A stretch of 64,000 bases of DNA from Octopus sinensis (GCF_006345805.1 NC_043002.1:39804001-39868000), one strand, 5' to 3'; counted from the stretch's first letter, positions 1 to 13,614 are shown. Numbers and translations: made by a program. The notes: generated from the letters alone by a model not told the origin.

Positions 1-43
1 CACATGTTTCGACCCGTTCTTGGTCTCTTCAGGTACATCAATA
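1..43 (-). ncRNA. Candidate type I hammerhead ribozyme, truncated by the window edge
   Basis: Minus strand reads TATTGATGTAC-CTGAAGA-GACC-AAGAACG-GGTC-GAAA-CATG-T-G. This gives a canonical CUGANGA core, a 4-bp stem II, GAAA and a palindromic ACATGT stem III. Position 17 is G, and the 3' strand of stem I lies outside the window. Confidence 0.5.
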
Positions 44-574
44 AAAAAAAGTCTTACTAGAGATTTTCTGATTTGGTTTTACGTACCGCTATAGTCCATC
101 CACTTTGGGAATGTGAAAAAAACAGACAAAAATTGAAACGCAAATAATTCAAATATGAACGTGAAAATTATACATTCTAGTTTAGAGAAAATGACGTAAT
201 GAGCCTTTGCTGTTGTAACTGTTAAGAGAAAGAAAAGGATGTAGAAGTTGAAAGGAAGATAATACTTTGACAAAATATTTGTGTGTGTGTGTGTGTGTTT
301 GTGCTTAGATGCACATATACATATGCGCTCACACACGTACATCCAAGTATATGGGCATATACATACAACTAGATACACATGCCTACGCACATGTATGGAC
401 GAATACATACATATATATGTATAGGAACTCATATATGCAGGTACACACATGTATATATACATAGCAAAGATAAATATGTGCATATATTCGTACATAAAGC
501 AAGGAACAGACATCTGTGCAAAGTTTGACACACACACATGTGTGTTAATACATACATATTTATGTGTGTGTATT

Positions 575-796
575 TTTGTGTCTGTGTTTGTCCCTCCACT
601 ATCACTTGACAACTGATGTTGGTGTTTATGCCTCTGTAAACTAGTGGTTCAACAAAAAGAGACCGATAGAATAAGTACTAGGCCCACAAAAAAAATAAGT
701 CCTGGAGTCAATTTGTTCAACTAAAAAAACCCTTCAAGGCAGTGCTGCAGTATGGCCATAATCAAATGACTGAAACAAGTAAAAGAATAAAAGAAT
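575..796 (+). mobile_element. tRNA-derived SINE family A, 3' half
   Basis: Matches the 3' half of the full copies at 43630-44045 and 6268-6678 (gaccgatagaataagtactagg...cagcatggcc...aaatgactgaaacaagtaaaagaat). Confidence 0.75.
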
Positions 797-1113
797 CATG
801 TTTCCACAGCATGATTGAGACAAGCAGTAGAGCTTGGAAGTTCTAATTCCTCCTGGTTCTTTTGAAGCACTCTTTTTTCTTTTCTCCTAGATTAACTTTG
901 TCCACAGGAGGTTTTAAGACTCAGCCATAAATGCCAAGGGAACATATAGAAATTTCACAGTATTGCCTCAGTTGCTTACATAAATAAACTCTGTAACCAA
1001 CAACAGAAATGCTGAGTAGACTAGTCACTCATTCTGCTAAAAATAACACTCAAATCTCCCTTAATTCAAACCCTTAGCTCTGTCATGATCCCTAGGCCTC
1101 ATAAGGCAGAAGC

Positions 1114-1340
1114 TTAACCCTTTAGCATTCAGATTATTCTGCTAAACGTGATACTTTTTCATTCAAATTATCTTTAATTAACCATTCATTATTTTGTAGC
1201 TTTAAAATTTTGATGATGTGTTTGTATATTTTATGATGGCATTGAAGGGTAGGTGTAATGGGCTGGATCTGGCTGGTTAGAATATAAAACAGATAGCATA
1301 TTTGAGATGGATATGGCTGGTTTAAATACTAAGGTGTTAA
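1114..1340. mobile_element. piggyBac-like MITE (TTAA-CCCT termini), degenerate right end
   Basis: Starts TTAA CCCTTTAGCATT and ends in ...actaaggtgTTAA. Internally similar (inverted) to 5239-5458. Confidence 0.55.
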
Positions 1341-1344
1341 GCCA

Positions 1345-1575
1345 GTTACCATGGTCTATAAGCTACTGAGATTACAACACTCTTCACTGGGATAGGATGC
1401 TAGTCTATCTCAAATTTAACTTCTCAGCTATTACTGGGACTCACTTGCAGCTGAGTGAACTGGAGCAACATGAAATAAAGTGATTTGCCCCAAAACACAA
1501 CCCACTGCTAAGTTCAGAAATTAAAACCATGATCTTGTGATTGTCATTGCAACACCCTAACCATTGGCCACACAA
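1345..1575 (-). mobile_element. tRNA-derived SINE family C
   Basis: Reverse complement has a tRNA-like head (gtggccaatggttagggtg) and the segment ttggggcaaatcactttatttcatgttgctccagttcactcagctg shared with 53228-53560. Confidence 0.6.
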
Positions 1576-1758
1576 CTTCTGAGCCATACCCTAGAGTTTT
1601 GAAAAAAACAGGAACGAGACATTGAATTAAGGTCATGGCTGGAACATTTTTGATTATAGGTCTGCTAGATCAGGGCTAACTTGGGGATGCAAAAATGACA
1701 GCCCTTTTAGAATCTCCAGACCAATGCACCGATGAAACCCCTGCCTCTCAATTGCTTT

Positions 1759-1759
<1 letters not shown>

Positions 1760-1805
<46 letters not shown>

Positions 1806-1935
1806 CTCTCTCTCTCATACACACACACACATATAGACACACACACACATGCACACGCACTCACACACACTCACACACACACACACTCTCACACACCCAC
1901 ACATAAACACACGCACACACACACACACACACACT
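1760..1935. repeat. (CT)n-(CA)n compound microsatellite
   Basis: Directly visible. Confidence 0.95.
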
Positions 1936-2324
1936 GTATACTCACACATACTTATACAGGAGCCAACAAAAGAAATTCTATGTGGTAGTCTGACCAGCTA
2001 GAAATAGCAGCCACATTTTCCACGAATCATAAACCTTTTTTGCTTTTGTTTTTTGCACCACCTGAAAGAAAGATGGAACAACTATGGGTGGAATGTATTA
2101 GATCATAAGTTTGCTCATTCAGAACTCAAACTAAAACTGAACCACAACAAAACACACACACACACACACACAATTTACTTGTAAGCTTTTGTAAATAACA
2201 GCCAGTCATACTCTGCATTCAATAAAATCCTGCATAGTATACATTTTAGGCTTTAAATAATTAAAATTTTATATTTCTGTTTGTCTGGAAAGGCAAAAAT
2301 GCATCCATTGTTGTTTTAGCATTG

Positions 2325-2800
2325 TGCATTACCCCCCCCCCCACCACCACCACCACCACCACAACAACAACAACAACTACCACCACCACTGTCATCGTAA
2401 CAATCACCACAACCATCATCACCACTACCAGCACCACAACCACTATCATAACCACCACCACCACCACCACCACTACCACCACTGCCACTGCTGCCACAAT
2501 CACTGCTAATATTACCACCACCACCACCACCACCACCACCACTAACCACCACCACCATCATCATAACCATCACAACAACCATCATCACCACTACCAGTAC
2601 CACCACCACCACTACCACCACTGCCACCATCACTGGTAATATTACCACCACTACCACCACCACTGCCACCATCACTGTTAATATTAAACCACCTCAACCA
2701 TAACCATCACCATTACCATCATCACCATCACCATAACCATCACCAAATGTACCACCAAAGCCACCACCATCAGCACCACCACTACTCCTGTTGATACCAC
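2325..2800. repeat. Cryptic triplet array (ACC/ACT/ATC/AAC)
   Basis: Visible. It produces poly-T/H/P/V pseudo-ORFs in several frames. Confidence 0.9.
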
Positions 2801-2984
2801 TAGCTACTCAATTGATAACTAACCAAATCTCCCAAATCCAACCATTATCTCCTTATCAGGAAAATAAACCTTGAAAGTGGTCCTTCTTTGGATCAGTTAA
2901 AATTAGGAGCCAAATCTCACCCTTAATCACACCTTACTATGCTTGAAAAAAAGGCAACAAAGTAGATATAAATTCTTTTTTTTT

Positions 2985-3032
2985 TCTACTCTAGGCACAA
3001 GGCCTGAAATTTTTGGCAAGTGGGGCCAGTTG

Positions 3033-3071
<39 letters not shown>

Positions 3072-3414
3072 TATGGTGTCAAATTTTGCCACAAGGGCAG
3101 AAATTTTGGAGGAGAGTGTACATCGGTTACATCAACTGGTATTTATTTTATTGATCCCAAAAGGATGAAAAGCAAAGCTGACCTCAGTGGAATTTGAACT
3201 CAGAACATAAAGATTGATGAAATGCTGCTAAGCATTTTGCCTGGTATACTAACAATTCTGCCAACTTGCCACCTTAATAATAATGATTCTTTCTACTATA
3301 GGCACAAGGCCTGAAATTTGGGAGAGGAGGATAGTTGATTATACCAACCCCAGTACTTAACTGGTATTTATCATATTGACTCCAAAAGGATGAAAGGCAA
3401 AGTTGACCATAATG

Positions 3415-3469
<55 letters not shown>

Positions 3470-3925
3470 TAATCCTTTCTACTTAAGGCACAAAACCTGA
3501 AATTTTGATGGAAGGGCATACTCGATTACATTAACCCCAGTGTGCCACTGGTACTTATTTCATCAACCCCAAAAGGATAAAAGACAAAATCAGCCTCGGT
3601 AGAATTTGAACTCAGAACATGAAGATGGACAAAATGCCGCTAAAGATTTTTGTCTGGCATGCTAATGATTCTACCAGCTTGCCACCTTAATATGATGATG
3701 ATGATGATGATGATGATGATGGTGATAATGATGATTTCTACAATAAGGCATAAGGCCTCAAATTATGGGAGATGGGACCAGTCGATTACATCCACCCCAG
3801 TGATCAACTGGTGATAATTTTATTTATCCCGGAAGGATGAATGGCAAAGTCAACCTTGGAGGAATTTGAACTCAGAACATAAAAAAGACCAAAAGAAATG
3901 TCACCAAGCATTTCATCCACTATAA
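2985..3925 (-). mobile_element. Cluster of about 5 co-oriented SINE family B pieces separated by (AAT)n/(GAT)n
   Basis: Recurrent segments aggcacaaggcctgaaatttt, aaggatgaaaggcaaag and gaatttgaactcagaacat, alternating with triplet tails. Confidence 0.75.
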
Positions 3926-4410
3926 AAATGATAACACTATCACTACAACCATCAATATTACCATAACCGACACTGCTGTTACCACCACCACAACCGCATC
4001 CACTACGACCACCACTACTACTACTATTGTTACAATTACCACCATCGTCAATATTATCAGAACTACCACCATTACCACCACATTCACCACCACCACAACC
4101 ACATCCCCCACCACCACCACCACCACCACCACTACTGCTGCTGCTATTACCACCATCATCAATATTACCAGAAGTACCACCATCACCATCACCACCACTG
4201 CTACTGCTACAGCTGCTGGTGCTACAACTACTACCACCATTACTACTGTTGTCACTGCCATCACTGTTACCTGAACCAACACTGCTATCATTACCACCAC
4301 CACTATCACCACCTTACCACCACTATCTTAACACCACCACTGCTATCATTACCGCTACCACTACTACTACAACTACTACTACTACAATACCATCACAACC
4401 AACAATAACA
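3925..4410. repeat. Cryptic triplet array (ACC/ACT)
   Basis: Visible. Source of the low-complexity ORFs 3920-4312 and 4027-4542. Confidence 0.9.
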
Positions 4411-4819
4411 AGCTCAAAACTGCTGCCACTAACCAGCCCCATTGAAAAATTTTTGAATAAATCCTTCCTTTATTTTCTAGGGACAGAATTACATTTTCAA
4501 GGACAATGGACTCCTTGTGATTCTACAGATAACTTTAGATAACAACTGTTTATATTCTCACTGCTAAAAGCGATATCCACTACCCCAGCCCCCATTGTAC
4601 AAGAAGAGGCGTGTAAGCCTCCTGTGAAACAACCTCTGCCCCATGAGCCAGGAGATTTAAATCCCCTTCGCCGTTCTATCGACCACTTAGCAACTGACAA
4701 CAACTGCTAATATTGATTTCTGACTTAGGGACAAGGCCACACATTTTTGATAGGAAGAGTTGTCATTGATAGTTGCCATTGTTGTCGTGTTATTGTCATT
4801 GTTGTTGTTGTTATATCAT

Positions 4820-4885
<66 letters not shown>

Positions 4886-5238
4886 TCAATTTGCTTTATT
4901 TCGAAGACAGCCACAAGCCTTCTCTACCCATTGCAGCTTTTATTTATAATCAATTATTTTCCTGTTGTCGGGTGAATAGCCTTTGGCTGTCAGCAGAATT
5001 TTTCAATCCTCAGGTGGAATCTGAATGCAGAATGCAAAACAAAATAAGCCAGAACAGTTACTGTAATTCAACTGCTCTAGACAGGTTCTTTATACTAAAA
5101 GGATGAAAGGTGAAGATTAACCTCAGAAGGATTTGAACACATTTCAAGCACAAAGACATAAAACAAATACCACAAGGTGTTTTATCTGATATTTAACAAC
5201 TCTGCTAGTTGGCTATTTTGTTGGGTACAGATAATTAG

Positions 5239-5458
5239 CCCTTTAGCATTCAAACTGGCCATATCAGGCCCAAATATTCTACTTATCTTGTATTGAAACT
5301 GACAAGATCAGGCCTCTCACAACTACCCTGCAAAGTCATTCTAAAGCAAGCAAATGTATCATCGAAATCTCAAAGCTACAAGATAGTGTTTGATTCATTT
5401 CAAAACAATGTGAATGAATTAGCATTATATTTGACAGATTAATCAGAATGCTAAAGGG
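5239..5458. mobile_element. piggyBac-like MITE
   Basis: TIRs CCCTTTAGCATT / AATGCTAAAGGG. Right flank TTAA (5459-5462), left flank TTAG (5235-5238). Confidence 0.65.
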
Positions 5459-5639
5459 TTAAACTAACCCCTGTACTTGAAGGGGTTGATTTACTGCTAC
5501 TTTATGTTATTGAACTTAGAATAGTGGTTATTAACTGGGGTCCATATGGCCTTTGGGGGTCCATACAAGATTTTGTTGTTAAACATTTATGTGCAATAAA
5601 GTCGTTATACTTCTACAAGACACAAAACATTTTAACAAT

Positions 5640-6035
5640 TTTATTTCCATGCCAGTGGCACCTAAAAAACACCATTCGAGCGTGATCATTTCCAGCGTTG
5701 CCTTACTGTCACTTGTGCCGGTGGCACATGAAAAAATATTCAAGCAAGGTCATTGCCAGTGTCGCTGGACAGGCTCCTGTGCTGGTGGCACATAAAAAAA
5801 AAACACCAGTTGAGCACGGCTGTTGCCAGTACCACCTGACTGGCCCTCATGCTGGTGGCATGTAAAAGCACCCACTACACTCTCAGAGTGGTTGACATTA
5901 GGAAGGGCATCCAGCTGTAGAAATTCTGCCAGATCAGATTGGAGCCTGGTGCAGCCATCTGGTTCGCCAGTCCTCAGTCAAATCATCCAACACATGCTAG
6001 TATGGAAAGCGGACGTTAAATGATGATGATGATGA
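5640..6035 (+). mobile_element. RTE LINE 3' tail (isolated), ending in (GAT)n
   Basis: Same sequence as the 3' UTR attached to the RTE ORF ends at 28712-29300 and 50145-50610. Confidence 0.75.
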
Positions 6036-6044
6036 TTTCTTAAT

Positions 6045-6255
6045 AAGGCAGCAAGCTGGTAGAATCGTTAGCATGCCAGGTAAAATGCTTAGCAGCACTC
6101 CATCAGTATTTATGTTCTTCATTTAAATTCTGCTGAGCTCAGCTTTGCCTTTCATCTTTTTGGGATCAATAAAATGAATAGCGTTGATGTCAATGTAATT
6201 GAATTACCATCCCCGGTATACTTCCTTGTACCAAAATTTGAAACCAATATTTGAT
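6045..6255 (+). mobile_element. SINE family B
   Basis: aaggcagcaagctggtagaatcgttagc...ttcaaattc...gcctttcatc; homologous to 47270-47505. Confidence 0.7.
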
Positions 6256-6267
6256 TATAAAAGTATT

Positions 6268-6678
<411 letters not shown>

Positions 6679-6939
6679 AGTCAGACATTGAATGGATATG
6701 AGGGTCCATTCAAGTAAAGTAAGAATTAAAGGGGTCCATAGGCAAAAGATGGTTGAGAAACACTGATTTGGAAGAATGAAAGGCAAAGTTCACCTTGGCA
6801 GGATTTTAATAACTTGTAGTTAGCAAATGGAATGTAATTGATTGGGTGCAGCTGTTTGGACATGAATGATGTTGCATAACTGACTGGAAATTCAGCCCCT
6901 GTTTTGATGAAGGTACTTTTTGTTGCTAGAGACAAACAC

Positions 6940-6983
<44 letters not shown>

Positions 6984-7295
6984 ATACATGCACATGCATG
7001 CACACACATTCACATACCCACATGTGCATGTTCACACATACATGCATACATGCATGTGCATATGTATGCACACAAACACACACACAAGTATGCATGTGTG
7101 TACAAGAATATACACATACAGATAGAAAGAGTGCAAAAGAGAGGGAGAGAGAGGGGGAGATGGAGAGAGATGTTACAATTTATTAATTGAACATAACTGA
7201 CATAAGCACTTCTCTCTCATACATGTAGAGAAATATGCTTACACATAAACACAGAGAGAGAGGGGGAAGAGGGGGAGAGAGAGATACATACACAA

Positions 7296-7332
<37 letters not shown>

Positions 7333-7639
7333 AAAGGCAGAGAGAGCAGAGAGAGGGAAAAACAGAAAGAGTGGGAGAGAGGGTGAAAATGAGAGACATC
7401 AAAACATGAGAAACATTAGAATGTCTGATGTTAAATAGGTCAGCATCAAATCAGCGGCACAAAATACGTGAAACAGTAGTGGTGGCTCCATGTCTCATGC
7501 TCAATAGCAATGGCTAAGGAGAAACAGTACAATGAGGGTGTGCTTATATGCATATTGCTGTGCCACTTTAAGTGAGTCTTTGCTAAGCATATCTTTGATT
7601 AATGACATTCCAAGCATGTTGATCTCATTTATATTTTGT

Positions 7640-8095
7640 GTATCTAAGCTGTCCTGAAGTCTTAAGCTGCAGCAAAATATCCAGCATATTCACCCTGTTC
7701 CAACTGCACTGTCTGCACTCACTTTGGTTACACATATTGTATGCTGGACTAGAGGATCCCAAAAGACTTCCTGTATGGGGAACAGGTCACCAGTACAAGA
7801 ACATGAGGATGACCTTGTCTTCATTTCAAGGACATCTGCAAGACAGATATGAAGACAATAGAGCTAGACATCCTGAGATGGGAAGAGGTTGCAAATGGTT
7901 GCTCATGCTTGAGATAAGTATTATGCAAGGGAAAGGAATGAGAGAAAGAGAAACTGAAACTTGGCATGGAAGAAAAGCATGATCAAAGAAAGGAAAACTC
8001 ATTAGTGCCAGTGGAGAGATTCTTCAAATGCAGTCACTGCATGCAAAACTGCAACTCCCGTGTGGGCCTGTAGAGTCACAGCAGATGCTACACTG
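7640..8095 (+). pseudogene. RTE (BovB-like) LINE ORF C-terminal remnant
   Basis: Frame-broken translation includes RIPKDFLYGEQ, LHFKDICKTDMK, FKCSHC and CNSRVGL*SHSR, typical of RTE C-termini. Confidence 0.75.
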
Positions 8096-8204
8096 CCATC
8101 AGTAGCTGATGCAAAATTCTCCAGGCACAGATCCATGGTCTTTCAATACTGACAGATACATATATATATATATATATACATGTATATGTATATGTGTATA
8201 TATA

Positions 8205-8239
<35 letters not shown>

Positions 8240-8399
8240 TACATATATACATACATATATGAATGTAGGTCTTGTCAATGTATTCATAAATTTTTATTAA
8301 TCTTATCTCCATCTTCTCTCTTGTTTATATATATACATATATATGAGAGGAAAGATTATAATAAGGCAGAATGCTAAATTGAAAGTAAATTTTAATAAA

Positions 8400-10870
8400 A
8401 ATGGAAAATTAAAATAGAAAAAAGTAATAAATCAAACTGGTTTTCATCGCAAGGCAAATTTTCAAGATTTGGAAGGGGAAAAGAAATTTTTTGAAAATTG
8501 AGGAAGGGGAAAAAAGAAAATTACAATGTTTTTTTCAAAAAAATAATAATACATATATACAAAAATTAATAAATACCAATAATAATTAATACCAATACAT
8601 TGTAGAGTTTTTATGCTTTTAGAGTTCAATAATAGTCCTTGGAAAAACTTCTCTGGAATATTAGGATCCATGTGCTCAAATGTAGTGCTTCGTTTAAAGC
8701 GTTGGGTAAATGTGTGTCAAAACAGGAAATGGGGCAGGAGTTATCCAGTTCCTGTGAGTAAGGAGAGACAACTCTGTGGATTTTATGCTCTTTAATTAGA
8801 ATGATGGATTTTTTGTCAAACAGGAGACCTATAATCAATTTTTTGTCAGATAGGATGCTAGAAAAAGGAGTATGGTCATCGTGGAGTTTGCATATTAAGA
8901 TGTGTTTGGAATTTTTCAACAAAAATATTCTCCTTGTTGATTCTTTCTTGTGTAGAGATTCCGTCTTTACATTGGTAGAAAGGGAATATGTGAAATTTAG
9001 GATTTTTATCTCTAGCGTAAGAGTCTACATGGCTACTTAGTGGAATTTGACGGTATTGTGGGAGATTTATCTGTTCTTTATGGACCGCTATTCTTCTACG
9101 TAAAGGAAGGCTTGTTTGTCCAACATAATTGTGTTGGCAACCAGCACATGTGAGAACGTAGATGAGGTTCTTGGAGGAACAGGAGAAGTTGGTCTTGATT
9201 TTAAACTTTGTTCCTTGTTTGAAAGTAAATTCAGAGCCTTCAAGTAGGAAGTGGTAGGTACCACAGTTAGGGCGTGCACATTTTTTAACTGATGGGGGTG
9301 GATGTGGTGTGTGAAGTTTGGCATTTGTTAAGAGTTTTTTCAAAGATTTATGTTGCCTTTTGCATTTAAGGATTTTATTGATAATATTATTCATTTTTGG
9401 GTCTGTGGACAGTAAGGGGAGGTTTTGTATGATTGTGGTGTATGCTTCGATATTTTTGGGGTTGTGGGTGGAAATGTATCGAAGTATTTTGGGGTTGGGT
9501 GTGTTATTGTGTTGTGTGGTTTTCAGTGTATTATTGTCTAGTTCTTTGGCACGTTTTATTCCATAGTCTATGAGTGTGGAGGTATATTGGCGTTGTAATA
9601 GTGTTTTTTTGAGGTCTTGAAGGCGTATTTCTCGAGTTTTTGGATCCGAAACAATGGTGCATACCTTTTAGCTAAGTTGAAAGGGATATTTATCTTGGTG
9701 TGTTTTAGGTGGCTTTATAGATATTTCAAAATTATGATGCTATGATGCTAGGTGTTTCCATTATTTTGTCCAATCCATGTACATATTGCTATGAATGGTT
9801 CGGCTGGTGCAGTATTTCTTGATCCACTTCGTTGGGAGTAGCGCCTGCAAGTCTGGAATAAAAAGTTACAGCCCTTTCTTTACGGAAGACTAATGGCTTT
9901 TGGAGGGACCTTTGGCCTTGTGCCGGTCGATTAGGGGTCAGAGAGATGTGAGGGCCGAGGAAGATAGAGTAAGGAAGAATCTAGTGACAGTGAAGAGGAG
10001 GAAGAAGAAGGTAGTGAGAAAGACAGAGTAAGGGATCTGAGAGCTGTCATGAGAGAGTGACAGCAGCAGCGCTGATAAAGATAGGCAGATAGGGCTGAGA
10101 GCAGATAGAGAGAGTATTAGCAGTGCTAAGACAGATTGAGAGTAGTGATAGAGGAACAGTCGAATTTTGGTCGTCAAAGCGAGCGGTTGGACTTAGGAGC
10201 AAGGATTTGGGAATTTGGGGCAAGAGCTTGGCAAGTTGGAGTTAGCAGTACTGAGAGAGATGAGGTGCAATGTGGGACACTGGCTATTCTAGTAGGAACT
10301 AAAGGTACGTGAATTGTGTATTGATATGTGAAGAAAAAGAAGGAAAAAGGAATCGATGTATTGAACAGTGAAAAGAAATGAGACAGTAAAAAGGAATTTA
10401 ATGAACAATGTGAATTGTGTAAAGACATTGTGTACAGAGTTGTTGAAAAGAGAACATTGTATAATGAACATTGAACTGTTAGGCCTTTAATGTGTTTTGA
10501 AATAGAACTGTGTCTTCAGACGTGTACTCTTGAAATGCTGATGTATTGAACTTGATGTGTTGTTACCGGACGGTTATATTGTATCTGCATGTTTAAATGC
10601 TTTGATCTGTGGTATACCTGTATGATGTGTTGATTCTGTTACTTGCTTGTATTTACCTGATGTATCTTTAAATGTAATTGATGTTGTAACAATTGATTGT
10701 CATATAAACTAGTTGTTAAATGTAAGCCAGTTGTGCCTTGCCTCTTTGTGCCTCTCTCGATTGCCTCTGTGCTGCTGCTGCTGTTGTTGTTGTTGTATCT
10801 CTCCTCTCCTCCGACGAGTTTCCGTGGTGAAAATATTCGCTGATCGATCGGGCGACGGCAGGTGGTCCGT
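8400..10870 (-). mobile_element. Penelope-like element remnant with the RT core apparently deleted
   Basis: Contains the GIY-YIG region and linker listed next. (TA)n tracts lie close to both ends (8155-8345, 10873-10910). Outer boundaries are uncertain. Confidence 0.6.
8876..9712 (-). pseudogene. PLE RT-thumb/linker plus GIY-YIG endonuclease with CCHH Zn-finger residues
   Basis: One frameshift joins HLKHTKINIPFNLAKR to (I)CTIVSDPKTREIRLQDLKKTLLQRQYTSTLIDYGIKRAKEL. ORF 8876-9394 has KKCARPNCGT, NLIYVLTCAGCQHNYVGQT, RIAVHKEQI, LSSH and ENIFVEKFQTHLN. Confidence 0.85.
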
Positions 10871-10874
10871 AACA

Positions 10875-10934
<60 letters not shown>

Positions 10935-11630
10935 AGTAAAAGGAGTTAATAAATCGAAACAGAAAGCTATAAAGCACTCAGTGTTAAATGAATTTGGTTA
11001 AGTATATCCAACAATCAGTTATCAATAAATGCATGTAAAATAAACTTCCAAAGCAATTCTTCATGTCAAACAAGTAAATCCAGATATCATTTAAGAGAAT
11101 TTCCAGAAATTCACTAAATGTGACGACATTTTATTTTATCTATTTCTTATCTGATTTCTTGACACCCATTGTTAGCCATTGAAGGTTTGAAGGTTCAAAT
11201 TGTTAAGAGCCTGCATTTTGGCAATTAACTCTAGGACAGTACTGTTATCTTTTTAATTTTCACAAAACTTTAGCCTACTATTTTGAAGCAATCCTTCATG
11301 AAGTGAAACTAAATAAAACAGTGACATTTTCCCATAAACTTCCATTGACGTAAATGTGACCTTTGTATTTCTCTTCAATACTATGCTGAAACTTTTTACC
11401 ATTTTCAACTTTCTATCTAAATGATTGCAAAATCTATTCAATAAAACATGGCTTTGCCCTTTCTCTTATAAAATCCACTCCATAGTGATAATTTTTTTGT
11501 CTTTTAGCTTCGTAAATGATTACAGCAAAATAGTATGTTAAAATGTGTGTAAATTGAAAGGAAAACAAGAGACGTAGAGACGCCAAATGCAATTATTTGT
11601 GTACGTATGTTATGTATGTATGTATGTATG

Positions 11631-11689
<59 letters not shown>

Positions 11690-11776
11690 TATATATATAT
11701 ATATATATAATATATATATATATATACATACATACACACACATATACATGCATACATACATACATACATACATACA

Positions 11777-11807
<31 letters not shown>

Positions 11808-11808
<1 letters not shown>

Positions 11809-12205
11809 GTTGTAGGTGTGGTTGTGTCGTAAGAGACCTGTTTCCCAACCACAGAGTTCAGGGTTCAGTCCCACTGTGTGACACCTTGGGCAAGTGTCTT
11901 CTACTATAGCCTCAAGCCAACTGAAGCCTTGCAAGTGGATTTGGAAGATGGAAACTGAAAGAAGCCTATCATATATATATATATATGATATGTGTGTGTG
12001 TGTGTCTGTGTTTGTGTGTCTGTGTTTGTCCCCCCAACATCACTTAACAACTGATGCTGGTATGTTTACGTCACTGTAACTTAGCAGTTCAGCAAAAGAG
12101 ACCGATAGAATAAGTACTAGGCTTACAAAGAATAACTCCTGGGGTCGATTTGCTTGACTAAAGGTGGTGCTCCAACATGACTGCATCAAATGACTGAAAC
12201 AAGTA
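11808..12205 (+). mobile_element. tRNA-derived SINE family A, full length
   Basis: Head gtgtggttgtgtcgtaag...gggttcagtccc, internal (TA)(TG) tract, conserved 3' half. Confidence 0.8.
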
Positions 12206-13614
12206 ATTAAAATTGTATTTGTAATGTGCAAATCAGTTGGTTGATTTCTTTTTCTGAAAATCCAGGCTTATCCAGACAGTTAGGCATTTATGTACAAAAC
12301 CAAGTGCTCCAATTATTATTGCTATAAATGTAAATCTGTAATCCAGATATAGAAGCTGGAGGTCTCAAAGTAGTTTTCCATAATTATGTATGTATGTATG
12401 TATGTATGTATATATGAATGTATGTATGTATGCATGGATACACAGATGCATGAATGCACATATATATGTATATTAAATCTTCTGCCTATTTAAGTAAGGT
12501 GTTCATGGACTGTTAATAAGTTGGATGTAGTGCTGATGAAAGAGCAATAATTCTTGAAATATACATATACACCCATCACCTATTTCCTCTATCCTTGATT
12601 ACATTGTTTACATTAAGGTATTCATTTATGAAACATCATAACTTGCAGTACTGGCTCTAAATTCTATGGATAATCTATAGAGATAAACTTAGAAGTGAGA
12701 ATATTGCACTGCTAACACCCGGTAAAACACCCGGTAAATGACTTTTACTCCTGTAATTTATTTGACAGTATATTATGGTTGCAAAACAAAATACTGCTAC
12801 CATGCCAGCAATCAAAATGTATGTACCAGGTGCCAGGAATACATTTAATATGCAAATTTGTCAATCAAACTGTGTTACATGACTAAATTTTGAGGGCAAA
12901 ACACAATAACTTGTGGTACTGGTTCTGAATTCTATAGAAAATTTATAGAGGTAAACTTAAAAGTATGTATGTATGATTTTAAACTGCCTCCAGTAATGGG
13001 GCTCTGGTGGAATCACCTTTTTAGCCACTATTATTCCCAGGTCTACTTTGTCATGGAGTAGTTTCATCTGTCAGATCTCAAGGTATGGCTTAACTAGCAT
13101 ACATGATGATACTCCATCTGAGCACAGGGTTGTAGAAATACTCTTGGTCAGTATCAGTGTGCTCAGTAAATCCACTGGGTGTGAGGGACCCCTTAGCTTC
13201 ATCAGCGTCCTTCTAGGAAAAGGACACTCAGATGTTAAATCTACAGTTTCACGTGATTACTGATCATCTCACTTCAGCCTGTTGCTTAGTACTTATCTTG
13301 GAGACTGAGAGATTGGTACTTGTGTGGTACAAGTGTTTATCATTATAATCCAATGACATACAGATGTCTCTTAGTGGTGACCTCATTTGTGATCCCATCA
13401 ACTGAGAGTACTTCAGTGATAGAAAAGTGTTGATTTGTGCAGACCTAACCAGTTGGAAGCACACAATAAGCTACAACTTTCATCTGTCACTTATGCTTCA
13501 AGCCATGCAGATCTGTAATGGGACTGCATACACGTATGTATGTATGTATGTACATATGTGTGATTGCATGCATGCATGTATGTATTTATGTATGCATACA
13601 TGCATGAATGTATG

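Noticed and set aside
79-612. 177-aa ORF on the minus strand
   Set aside because: Made of a SINE end, (CA)/(TA) repeats and AT-rich sequence; no recognisable domain.
2261-4542. Poly-His/Thr/Val/Pro ORFs
   Set aside because: Triplet microsatellites are open in many frames on both strands; no splice or codon evidence.
8095-8150. CTGATG and GAAA motifs at the RTE/PLE boundary
   Set aside because: Cannot be folded into a three-way junction.
10805-10860. Hammerhead-like GAAAC-TC-GTC on the minus strand near the PLE 5' side
   Set aside because: Stem III and the triplet fit, but there is no acceptable core spacing, stem II or stem I.
13030-13480. Possible further LINE coding remnant
   Set aside because: All frames have many stops and I could not identify a motif.
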